The notes under the pieces: model-generated | Told to the model about the DNA's origin: nothing | The model's input: only the letters and a program-made list of their open reading frames with translations | Database searches by the model: none | Translations under genes and position numbers: made by a program | Part shown: piece after piece, positions 23,879-33,725 of the stretch | Layout: every line of letters begins with the position of its first letter | Position numbering within the stretch: position 1 is the stretch's first letter | Assembly: GCA_025558095.1 (NCBI GenBank) | Contig: JAIVFI010000033.1 | Location: 499,940 to 563,939, forward strand | Reading direction: 5' to 3' | DNA length: 64,000 nt | Source of the DNA: Hyaloraphidium curvatum SAG 235-1 | Taxonomy: Eukaryota; Fungi; Monoblepharomycota

Positions 23879-26773
23879 ATGGGTCCGCGCCGACGGACTC
23901 CGGGGCGTCGGCGATTCGCGGCGTCGGCGGCGCTGGTCGTGGTGTCCCTGTGGACGCTGCTCCGCCCGGCAGCCGCCGCGCACAACTGCACCTACGGGCC
24001 CGGCCCCACGCTCTCCTCTGCGATTTTGTACGAGCGCCTGGCGTTCGACATCGAGCTCGGCGTGGTGTCCTGCCGGGGCAATGTCGCCGCCGTGGGCACC
24101 GTGCTGTCGGACATTGTCGAGCTGACGGCTGCGGTCCCCACGCGGGACGCCCTGTTCCCGCAGGAGTCCCAGCAGGGGGGACTCAACGGACTTCTGTTTG
24201 TCAACGGGCTGATGAACGGCATCGGCGCCCGCGACTTTGCCGTCTCGGCGTGGATCTGGCCGCACATCGGCCCGGGCGAGGACCGCGCCTACCTGATCGA
24301 CGCCTACGGGCCGGGCGGGTTCAACGACCTTCGTTTCACGATGGGCGTGGGGTTCGGCGTTTTGGAGGCTGCGGTGTGGACCGGCAGCTCCCTCCAGGGC
24401 GGCAACAGCGGCCAGGCCGTCGAGGTGGCGGGCCTGTCGAGCGTGCCCAAGTGGATCCACGTCGCCGTCACACGCACGGGGACGGAACTCAACTTCTACA
24501 TCAACGGCCGCGACACGGGCACCGGGGCCGAGGTGCAGGCCGTCGGCGACTTTTCTGACATCGCCAACATCACCATCGGCACGCAGCGCATCGGCGTCGC
24601 CTCGGCCAACCGCTGGTTGGGTCAGGTCGACGACATCCGCGTCTACGTGGGCACGGTATCCGCCTCCGAGATCTACGGCATCTTCCGCGCCTCGCACTCG
24701 GCGTACAACGCCATGCAGCAGGTCGGCTTCTCTTCCTTCAACATGACCTACCCCGCCGCCCCGGACGGCGATACGAAGATGCACCTCGGATTCAACGCCA
24801 CCTATGACAGGACCGACTACTCGCTAACGCCGTCATTGGGCACGACGACCGGTCCGCCCGCCGTGCTGGGCGACGATGTCACCTTCACCGGCCCGCTCCG
24901 CGGCTTTGGCATCAGCATGCTGACGCTCCTCACCGACGACCAGGCCTTCCCGTTTGGTGGCTTCGAAAACGTCCACAACGCATGGGTTTTCACCACCGGG
25001 CCCAGCCCGTCGCGGATCCGCACCTTCCGCTTCATAATGTGGCCCGCCAGCAACTCCTACTCGAGCATCACCTGCGACTACCTGCTCGTCGAGGCGCCCG
25101 GCGGCGTCCCCGCGGGCGACACCATGACACAGTACCTCGCCAAGGACCCCGCCGTCAGGATCCCGAGCTTCGAGGCTCCCATGTTCGGCTACACGCGCCC
25201 GGAGTTCGGGCGCAACCTGCTGCCGCAGATCACGTCGTACGTGATGCAGCCGTCGACGACCTACGCGATTACGGCGCAGTCGTGCGACAAGGGGGTCATC
25301 TACGTCATGCTGTCCATGGGGGCGGCGGCGTCCTTCACCGTGCTGGGAAACGGCTTCCAGACCCTGCCAGGCATGCGGAACGATGGGCCCGGGGATTACT
25401 GGCGTAACCTCGGGATGCAGGACAACATGTGGCCGTTCGACCTGGAGGTGGAGACGCCCGCTTTCCAGGCCGCCGACGCCGCCCTGGACGGTACTTCAAT
25501 GACCGTGGCCAACTCGAAGCCCGTGACCACGGCCTTTTACGTCGCCACCTCCTTCATCGTCGGCACGTCCAACCTCCGCCTCGACAGCTTCACGATCACC
25601 ATGGGCTCCCCGCCCGCCGTTCCGGGCTCCCAGGGCTTCACCTGCACCGTCGAGCTGTACCGCGGCACCACCACGGGGCAGCCCGGCGAGCCCACCGGCG
25701 CCGCGCTCGCGACGGGCAGCGTGCGCCGCAAGGACTACGCGGATACCACCTCGGTGTTTTCCTTCCAGGCGCCCGAGGCGCTGGCCGCCGTCACGCTGCG
25801 CAAGGGGCAGCGGTACGCCTTCAAGTTCGGGCCGTGCGACACGGACGGCCTGTCGTGGGCGTACTCGGAGTCGGGGGCGCCGGCGGGGTCGCCGAGCGCG
25901 GAGCCGGGCACCTCGTTCGCCTACGAGCCGGAGATCACCTCGTGGGTGCCCGTCGCGGGGGACTTTATCTGGACCGCGAGCTTTTCCAAGGAGCCGGCGG
26001 GGACCACAGAGACGGTGACGGGCAGCATGTCGGTCGCGGTCCCGCAGGCGGGATGCGGCGCGGTGGGGACCTACGGCCTCAAGTTCACCCCCTCCTGCGA
26101 CGCGCCGTGCCCGGAACTGCCTGCGTTCCAGATCGACGCGGCGGTGGCGGAACCGGACGGGTGGTGCCGCGAGAACGCGACCTCTTCGACCTCGTTCGAC
26201 GCGCCCACGGCCACGTCGTCGGTGGCGGAGCCGGACCCAAGGTACCCCGGCGACTACGCGGTCTGGGCCATCCGCGTGCGGACCTCGGCCGACATGAGGC
26301 GGGTGCTCATCCGCAACGGCACCCTCCTCCTCCCCGACCGCCCCGAAGGCGACCCCTGGCGGAGCCGCGCCCTGCGCACCACCGAGGGCGGGTTCACGCC
26401 GCTGGGTACCGCCGCGTCGTTCGGCACCGTGCCGGTGGTGCTCGACCGGCCCACGGTGCTCTACGATCCGACCGTGTGCATGTCGGGCCCCGACCCCGGC
26501 ATGGATACGGGACCGTATTGCTCGCAGGCGGGGTTTCTGGTGACCGTGGGGAACGACCCGGCGGCGTACGTGCTCGAGGACGGGGTGGACACCGGGCTGA
26601 CGCGGGTGGCGCTGGAGGTGTTTCTGGCCGTGCAGTACTGGGACGAGCCGATCCCCGCCCGCAGGAGGAGGAGGAGGGCGCAGGTGGAGCACGTGCTGGC
26701 GGTGCGGCTCGAGACGACGGTGCGGATGGGGAGGCCGGTGACGGGGAGGAAGCTCAGGGTGCACGGTGCTTAG
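23879..26773 (+). CDS. Secreted LamG-domain protein, paralog B (intronless)
   Basis: Start MGPRRRTPG by alignment to the paralogs; FAVSAWIWP, KWIHVAVTRTG..FYING, VDDIRVY; ends RRRRRR...GRKLRVHGA. Confidence 0.85.
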   Translation: MGPRRRTPGRRRFAASAALVVVSLWTLLRPAAAAHNCTYGPGPTLSSAILYERLAFDIELGVVSCRGNVAAVGTVLSDIVELTAAVPTRDALFPQESQQGGLNGLLFVNGLMNGIGARDFAVSAWIWPHIGPGEDRAYLIDAYGPGGFNDLRFTMGVGFGVLEAAVWTGSSLQGGNSGQAVEVAGLSSVPKWIHVAVTRTGTELNFYINGRDTGTGAEVQAVGDFSDIANITIGTQRIGVASANRWLGQVDDIRVYVGTVSASEIYGIFRASHSAYNAMQQVGFSSFNMTYPAAPDGDTKMHLGFNATYDRTDYSLTPSLGTTTGPPAVLGDDVTFTGPLRGFGISMLTLLTDDQAFPFGGFENVHNAWVFTTGPSPSRIRTFRFIMWPASNSYSSITCDYLLVEAPGGVPAGDTMTQYLAKDPAVRIPSFEAPMFGYTRPEFGRNLLPQITSYVMQPSTTYAITAQSCDKGVIYVMLSMGAAASFTVLGNGFQTLPGMRNDGPGDYWRNLGMQDNMWPFDLEVETPAFQAADAALDGTSMTVANSKPVTTAFYVATSFIVGTSNLRLDSFTITMGSPPAVPGSQGFTCTVELYRGTTTGQPGEPTGAALATGSVRRKDYADTTSVFSFQAPEALAAVTLRKGQRYAFKFGPCDTDGLSWAYSESGAPAGSPSAEPGTSFAYEPEITSWVPVAGDFIWTASFSKEPAGTTETVTGSMSVAVPQAGCGAVGTYGLKFTPSCDAPCPELPAFQIDAAVAEPDGWCRENATSSTSFDAPTATSSVAEPDPRYPGDYAVWAIRVRTSADMRRVLIRNGTLLLPDRPEGDPWRSRALRTTEGGFTPLGTAASFGTVPVVLDRPTVLYDPTVCMSGPDPGMDTGPYCSQAGFLVTVGNDPAAYVLEDGVDTGLTRVALEVFLAVQYWDEPIPARRRRRRAQVEHVLAVRLETTVRMGRPVTGRKLRVHGA

Positions 26774-27002
26774 TCCGTTCGGTTGTGCTCGATCTGGGTC
26801 TGTTGATGTATCTGCTGTCTCATGGATCGTTTATTCGGATGAGCGGCCGCGTCCTCCCTGGCCGATTTCGGATGCAATCGCGATGATCGAATGATCGCAG
26901 CTCCTCCGTTCCGGCCCGCGCCGCCTCATCGTCGGCCCCCGGTGCCAGCAACGGCAAGCCGGTGGGCAAGGTCACCTGGGCGGGCATCGTGGATTCCCCC
27001 AG

Positions 27003-27113
27003 GATAAGAAGAGCAGGGCCCGGGTCACGGGGCTGGTCAAGGCGCTTGCGGAGATGGACGCGGTGCCGCCCGAGGAGATGGTCACGGTCGGCGTCGAGGA
27101 GGGGGAGGAGTGA
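27003..27113 (+). pseudogene. Orphan terminal exon of an unknown gene
   Basis: ccccAG|DKKSRARVTGLVKALAEMDAVPPEEMVTVGVEEGEE*; no upstream exons identified. Its 3' part is duplicated at 32217. Confidence 0.3.
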
Positions 27114-27212
27114 TGCCGGGTTGCACCGTGGTCCGCATGGGATCTTGATTCACGACGCGTGGATGACATTGCAAAAGATGCTCGAGACAAGACGTGGCTA
27201 CAGTTTCCCTCT
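27049..27212. repeat. ~164-bp direct repeat, copy 1
   Basis: Matches 32217-32380 with roughly ten differences by eye. Confidence 0.9.
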
Positions 27213-27397
27213 TCGATCCCCGGTTTTGCGGATCGGGCCATTGGAAAGACCCTGGCGATGACGGCCACCTTTCCGGCCTTCCCGTGAGCGTCAAAATCCG
27301 AGTCGCAAGATGCAGAGGCATGAAAAAACGAGTGGAAGCTGCCGATCAGCGTCCTCAATGAGGAGCTAGCAATCCCACCGTACACTTAGAAATCCCC

Positions 27398-28534
27398 CTA
27401 CGCCCCAAGAATCAGCTCCTCATCGACATTCAAACCAAAAGCGACCGGCGCGGGGGCCGGAGCGTTGACAGCGGCGGCTTCGGTGCACAGCTGAAGCCAG
27501 TGTTGGAGTTGGGCCGCGACGCCAAGAGCCCAGGCCACCGCGATCCGTTCGCGGAAGCGCCGCACAAAACGAGAGTAAAGGCCATCGAGGTCCACGGGCT
27601 GCCCATCGCGGCCGACGATCCCGGGATACTGGATGCGCCCCATCTCCGAGGAGAAGCGCGAGAAAGTGTCAGAGACAGCGCTGTACGAATCAAAAGCAAT
27701 CACGATCAGAGGGTAGAAGTTGGCGTTGAAGACGAAACGGGAGTAGTCCTTCCTGGCGGCCTCGACCCGCCGTTCGACTGCGTGGCCCGGGACCGAGAAG
27801 ACCAGGCCCGTGTGCAAGTGGGCCATAGAGGTGAGGGTCTTGATTTCGAGCAACCACCGTTTCCGGGTTTCGCGGTGCGTGATGAGAACGTCGCCAAGGC
27901 GGCCTGCATCCGCAGGCGTGGGCGGGGTGACAGTCTTGTAGCCATGCGCAAGGAGGTTTGGCGGCATGGGGTGCACGCGGAGGAGCGGGATGGAGCGAAG
28001 CGCCGCGCGGATGGCCGCGCAAATGTCGTCGTGACCAGGACTGAAGAGATCCCGGCCATAGCAGCCCGAGAACGCGTGCTCCCCCGTCAGCGACATGGCC
28101 GATCGCTTGCAGCCCCGCCGGCAGGGCAAGGAAAGACCAGGGTAGTCGGCCTCGTGCAGGAGCGGGAGGCAAAGCCGGAAGCGTACAAGTAAGCGGAATA
28201 AGTTGTTGCGAATGTGGTTGGCAAGCAGCGCGGGAGAGGCAGTCAGGAAAGCCGACAGGCCGTCCTGCGCCTGGACGAGCCGCTTGCGGCGCTCCAGACC
28301 GGCGGAAGTGTCGGGTTGCAAGGCAATCAGAGCCGCGAGGCGCTGGCGCCTCTCAGCCTCCAATTCCACGCTGCGACCGACGCGAGCAAGTTTCGAGCCA
28401 TCGGACGCAGGGACGGTAAATGCACCAAATTGTTGACTGTCTGGTGCTACTTCGACTGGCGATGCCTGGTTTGCAATCCTTGATTCATGTTTGTTCGGCG
28501 GCCTTATCCTATGATGCGTTCCCAAAGATACCAA
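27398..28534 (-). mobile_element. 5'-truncated non-LTR retrotransposon, RLE/CRE-clade-like (zinc knuckle + restriction-like endonuclease)
   Basis: SAFLTASP...FRLLVRFRLCLPL, C..GC.......EH...C knuckle, HDDI, RLGDVLI...LLEIK, KDY...FYP. No RT domain present. Confidence 0.72.
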
Positions 28535-29064
28535 CGCCGCTTCATTGGATGGAAGCCGGACGTACGGTCACGTTTGGATCGAGCAGCTTGACCATCGCCA
28601 GCGGAGCAGTTTTGTTCGATCTGTTCTCGTCCGGCACCGGCCGACAGAAGAACCGGTCTGTGCGTTGCCACTTTGCGGACGCCCCTGTGTCACACCCCCA
28701 AGCAAGTCAGCGAGTAGAGAGACGCAGCAACCGCGGGGATCGCATGGTCATGTTGCGCGTGGTGTTTGGAGGTCATCGTGCGGAATGACCGCGGGAACGG
28801 GATGGAGTTCAGGTTGTTGACGCGGCGTCGAGTCGCCATGCGCTGCCCCGTGATGCCATTTCCCCCGGCAGCGACCCGGGACCGTTGGCCCGCAACCGCA
28901 ACCGTCCCCACAGTCGCGTTGTCGGGCGCGCGGCCCTCGGCATCCTCCGCGCCACGGGCGCGCCGCGACCGCAATAAGGAAGCATTTGCTCGGCCCCGGC
29001 CCGAGAAGGAAACGGCGGTGCGCGGTGAACGAGAGCCGGGCGGTCCCGCGACGCGACGACTTCG

Positions 29065-32000
29065 ATGCCGCCGCCGAAGGACAGCGCCGCGTACTGGCGC
29101 CAGAGGCTGGCGGGGAGGACTCAGCTCGATCTTGTTGACGAGCAAATTGGGGAAAGCGGCGCCCGGGCGCTCGCCGAGGCCTTGAGGGGTAACATCTCGC
29201 TGACCAAACTCGACCTGGACGGCAACTCCGTCGGCGACGGAGGCACTCGTGCGCTCGCACGGGCCCTGAAGGGGAACTCGGTGTTGACCACTCTCAAACT
29301 GGGTGTTAATGCCGTTGGGGATGAAGGCGCCTGCGCGCTTGCCGGGACGCTGAAGGGCAACTCAGCACTGATGACTCTGGACCTGAGCCTGAACTCAATT
29401 GGGGCGGAAGGTGCCCTCGCACTCGCAGATGCGCTGAAGGAGAACTCGACGCTGGCCATCCTGCATCTGTACGGCAATTCTATCGGGGACGAAGGCGCCC
29501 GCGCACTCGCCGGCGCCCTGAGGCGCAACTCGACGTTGTCAACCCTGTATCTCTTCAGCAACGACATTGGCGACGGCGGCGCCGTCGCGCTACTCTCGGC
29601 GCTGGAGCTCAACCCTTCCCTCGCGAAGCTAGACGTGGACTCCAACGGGATCTCCGGCACCCTGGTCGACCGGATCAAGTGCACCGTCGCGGATCCCGCG
29701 AGGAAGGAGAGGGCACTTGGGCCAAGCTGATCGGCCCCGGGATGGCACGAAGACGCAGATGGGCGTGCTGCACCCGCGGGCGGAGCAGATCCTGTTCGAC
29801 AAGGCGCTCCTGGAGGCCGAGCCGGCCCAGCCGGCCGATCCGCTGCCACGTGCCGGGGGGCAGGCCGACGAGCGTCTCACCCAGGGGCGGCGCCAAGCCG
29901 ATTTGGATGGGCCAGAGGCCCACATGAAGGATGTCGGGGACATCACGGAGCGGCATATTGTGTTCGCACGGCTGCAGGAGCAGTGGGGGGAGCTTGACCG
30001 CGCCGTGGAGGAGTTGGGGCTGCTTAAGCCCGTGGCCGCCGAGCAACCCTGCAAGGGGGAGCAGGTTCGGGAGCCGGGCCGACTCCAACGGGCTGAGAAG
30101 GTGCAGGTGCTCGAACCGCGAAGGCAAGATGCCGGGCAAGTGCGGAATCCCGAGACACGCCCGGTGGCCGAGCGGAGCGGGATATTCATCCGACGTGTGG
30201 AGGTGCTCGAGTCGCGTTGGAAGCCGAAGCGACCGCCGCAGGCTGGGCGGCCTCGGGAGGCCGAGCTGGCAGTGGATCTGGAGTGGGGGCCCAAGGTTGA
30301 GGAGGTCGAGAAGCCCGGGCGACGTCTGGAGGCCGAGCAGGGTACGCAAGCCGAGCGACGCCGGAACGCCGAGCACGTGGGGAAGCCCGAGCGACACCGG
30401 GAAGCCGAAGCTGTTCGCGAGGCGGAGCGACGCGAGGAGGTCAAGCCACCTCGGAAGGCCCAGCTGGCGCCGAAACCTGCACGACCGCAGGAGGGCGAGC
30501 AACCGCTGGGTGTTGGGCAAGTGGGGGAGTGCGAGCGACTACTCAAGAAGGCCAAACCGTTGCCGGAGCGACGCCGAGATGCGCCGCAAGTGCACGTGCC
30601 CGATGCCCTGCCAGAGGCCGAACGAGTGCACGAGGCTGAGCCCCGCGGGAAGGCCGAGCGGCATCCAAAACTGGAGCTACGGCCGGAATTCGTGCGACTT
30701 CTGGAGGCTGGGCCACTCGGGAAAGCCAAGCACCGGCTGCAGGCCGAGCAACCGCAGAACGCGGAGCGACGACAAGAGGCCGAAACCATTCCGAAGGCCA
30801 AGATACTTGGAGAGGCCAAGCCTCCGCCGGAGGCCGAGAAACCCCCGGAGGCCGAGCAGCTCACAGAGGCGGAGTGTGAGCGGCTGGCCAAGCTGGCGCG
30901 GAAGGCCGAGCGGCGGAGGATCGCGGCGGAGCAGGAGGCTGCGCGGCAGCGGCAGCGTGAAGCCGACGAGGCCGAGGCCCGCAGGAGGGAGGAACACCTT
31001 TTGGACGAAGCCAGGGCCCGGCAAGAGCAAGAGGCGGAGCTGGCACGCCGCCTGGATGAGCTGAGGGTGCGCGAGCAGGAGGTGGAGCGGAGGATGGTCG
31101 AGGCCGAGGAGAAGGCCAAGCAGGCATCGTCCCTCGTCGAGCGCGCCAGCTCGAGGAGCAGCTACGAGATCGACGGCAAGCACCTGGAGCAGGGACGATA
31201 CCTCGGCGCGGGCGGTTGCGCGACTGTGCTCGAGGGAACGTACCAGAAGCACACCAAGGTGGCGCTCAAGATGATTCGCGGCTCGAATCTGACGGGCGAC
31301 GAGCTGGAAAAGGTCATTGCGGATGTTGAACGGGAGCGCGATGTCGGTTCAAGCTTTCCCTACCACGTCAATGGTCAGCCGGCTGGTCGCCGTCTTTGCT
31401 CGTACTGACTTCACGCCGCCCAGTTCTCCCTCTGATGGGATGGTGCCGCGAACCACTCTGCCTCGTCACGCTGCTCATGGCCGGCGGGACGGCAAAGAGG
31501 TACCTCTCCGGGCTCAAGCCGAAAGCCTACGAGCCGCGCGCAGTACACCAGCTTCTGTTCCAGGTCGCGCTCGGGATGAACCACCTGCACTCCCTGCCGA
31601 CGCCGATCCTGCACCTAGACCTCAAGGGCGAGAACGTGTTGGTGGATGAGAATGGGATCGCCAAGGTCTCGGACTTTGGCTTGTCCAAGATCCGGACCAC
31701 CGCCGCGCTGCAGTCGACTGCCCACGGCGGTGGAACGCCGGTGTACATGGCACCCGAACGTGGGTTCGCGCACGCGGACGGGTTGATCCTTGACTCGGGA
31801 AAGTTTCCGCCGCAGTATTTGCCGAGCGGCCGAAGCCAGGAACGGCCACGGACGTGTACGCCTTCGGGATGACCATGTGGGAGCTCCTTTCCCAGGGCCA
31901 AATCCCGCTTGCGGATGAGATTATGGACGAGGGCATGTGGATCCCCGCGATGCGCTGCGTCGACATGCAGGTGCTCGGTGCGCGGCTTCGGACCGACCCG

Positions 32001-32141
32001 AGATTCCGCCCTGAGCGACCGGGCGGGATCCCGGACGCCACCTGGGCGCTCATGCAGAGGTGCTGGGCGATGGATGCCGGAGCTCGGCCGGGGTTTGGGG
32101 AGGTCGCGGACGAGCTGAGGAGGATCCTTGATGCTCTGTGA
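29065..32141 (+). CDS. LRR (6 repeats)-long EAE-repeat linker-coiled coil-TKL kinase, copy 3 (frame break at ~29720; possible pseudogene)
   Basis: N-cap [10 protein letters not shown], LRRs, +1 frame change after KERAL (either a frameshift or a weak GC-AG intron 29713-29758), altered Gly-loop [16 protein letters not shown], two kinase introns at the paralog positions, ends RRILDAL*. Confidence 0.75.
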
Positions 32142-32216
32142 GCGGCGAAACGATTCTGGGTATTGGCGGGACTCGATGTTCTCGTGTATCTTCTTCCTTT
32201 GGATGCTTGGGCCTTT

Positions 32217-32380
32217 CGGAGATGGACGCGGTGCCGCCCGAGGAGATGGTCACGGTCGGCATGGAAGAGGGGGAGGAGTGATGCCGGGTTGCACCGTAGT
32301 CCGCATGGATATCTTGATTCACGACATGTGGATGACATTGCAAAGATGTTCCAGACAAGACGTGGCTACAGTTTCCCTCT
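32217..32380. repeat. ~164-bp direct repeat, copy 2 (overlaps the TauD stop codon)
   Basis: Matches 27049-27212. Confidence 0.9.
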
Positions 32381-33520
32381 GGCCCCCAGGATCCCCTCCG
32401 CCACCAGCGCCGGCACGTACCCGGGCGCCTCCTCGCACACGTGCCGCGGGCGGTCGCCGCCGATGGTGATGCGGTGCACGAGCCGGCGGTGGCCGTGGTA
32501 GTCGTTCACCGCGTTGTGCATCACGCACCGGTTGTCCCAGATCGTGAGCGTGCCGACCTCCCACTGCACGCGGCACTGGAACTCGTTCTGTGCGCCCCGG
32601 ATCGCAAGGCAATGTTCAGTGCAAAGAACAGAACGCGCCCGCCCCGCAGCAACTCACCTTGATCGCATGCGCCCAAAGGAACCCCAGCAGCGCCTTGCCC
32701 TCCTCGGCCCCCCACCCCTCGATCCCCTCGGTGTGCACCGCGCTCGTGTACAGCGCCCTCCTCCCCGTCTCGGGGTGCTGCCTCACCAGCGGGTGCGCGT
32801 TCCTGTGCACCGGCGCGGCCAGGTTGAACTTTGACCTGTCGAAGTCGCCCAGCGCGCCGGGCTGCTGCACGATGGCCTGGGTGGCGAAGTTGGCCTGCAC
32901 CACGCGGAGGGGGTCCAGGGTGCGCCGGAAGGCGGGGGTGAGGGTCTCGTAGGCGAGGTACATGCTGGTGAAGAGGGTGTCGCCGCCGACCTCGGGCATC
33001 TCGCGCGCGAGGAGCATGGTGTACTTGGGAGGGTTGGGGAGGTACGAGGAGCTGCCAGGGGCGGGAGGGACGTCAAGGAGGGAGCAAAAGTAACGGGCGC
33101 AGGAACTTGCTCGCTATGCCAGGCCCCGCCAAAGTTCGTCGTCTGCTCCTCGGCCTTGGAGATGGGCGTGATGTTGGGGAACTCGGGCGACACGCCCTGG
33201 AGCATGGGGTACACGTTGGACTCGCCGAACTGCCTCGCGACCCGCAAGTATGCCGCGTGATCCAGATGGCCCTGGTCCCGGATGCAGACGACGCCGTAGC
33301 GCAGCAGCGCGTCCCGGATCTCGGCCATCACGGCGGGGTCGCCCTCCTGCTTGGCGAGGTCGACGCCGCGGATCTCTGCGCCGAGGGCGCCCGACAGCCG
33401 CTTCACTTTGATGTGCCTGTAGGTCGGGCGATCGCCGGCGGCCTGCAGCCACCGCCCGGCGGTCCAGTCGCTGCCGAGCTGCGACTTGGCGGTCTCCGCG
33501 GCCGCGGGCATGGCGGACAT
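32366..33520 (-). CDS. tauD: TauD/TfdA family Fe(II)/2-oxoglutarate dioxygenase (taurine dioxygenase-like)
   Basis: [18 protein letters not shown] (split by GC-AG intron 33110-33052), [35 protein letters not shown]...RRLVHRITI. Confidence 0.9.
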
Positions 33521-33725
33521 GGCGGCTGCCGGCGCGCCGACCTCCACCCGCGCAGCACTGTCCGCTTCGGGGCGCCCTCCTTTCTTTGCGGTCGAGCGGT
33601 CGGCAACCTGCTCCGCTGCTTTGGGAGCGTGCGGTTTCGCCGAGGGCTCTCTGGACAAGGGATCGAGTGAGTGGCGGCGACCGCTGGGAGACATCGAATC
33701 TCCGTGCGCCCTCCGCCGCCGAAGC

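Noticed and set aside
28535-29064. Short ORFs between the retrotransposon remnant and LRR-kinase copy 3
   Set aside because: No recognisable motifs; typical spurious GC-rich ORFs.
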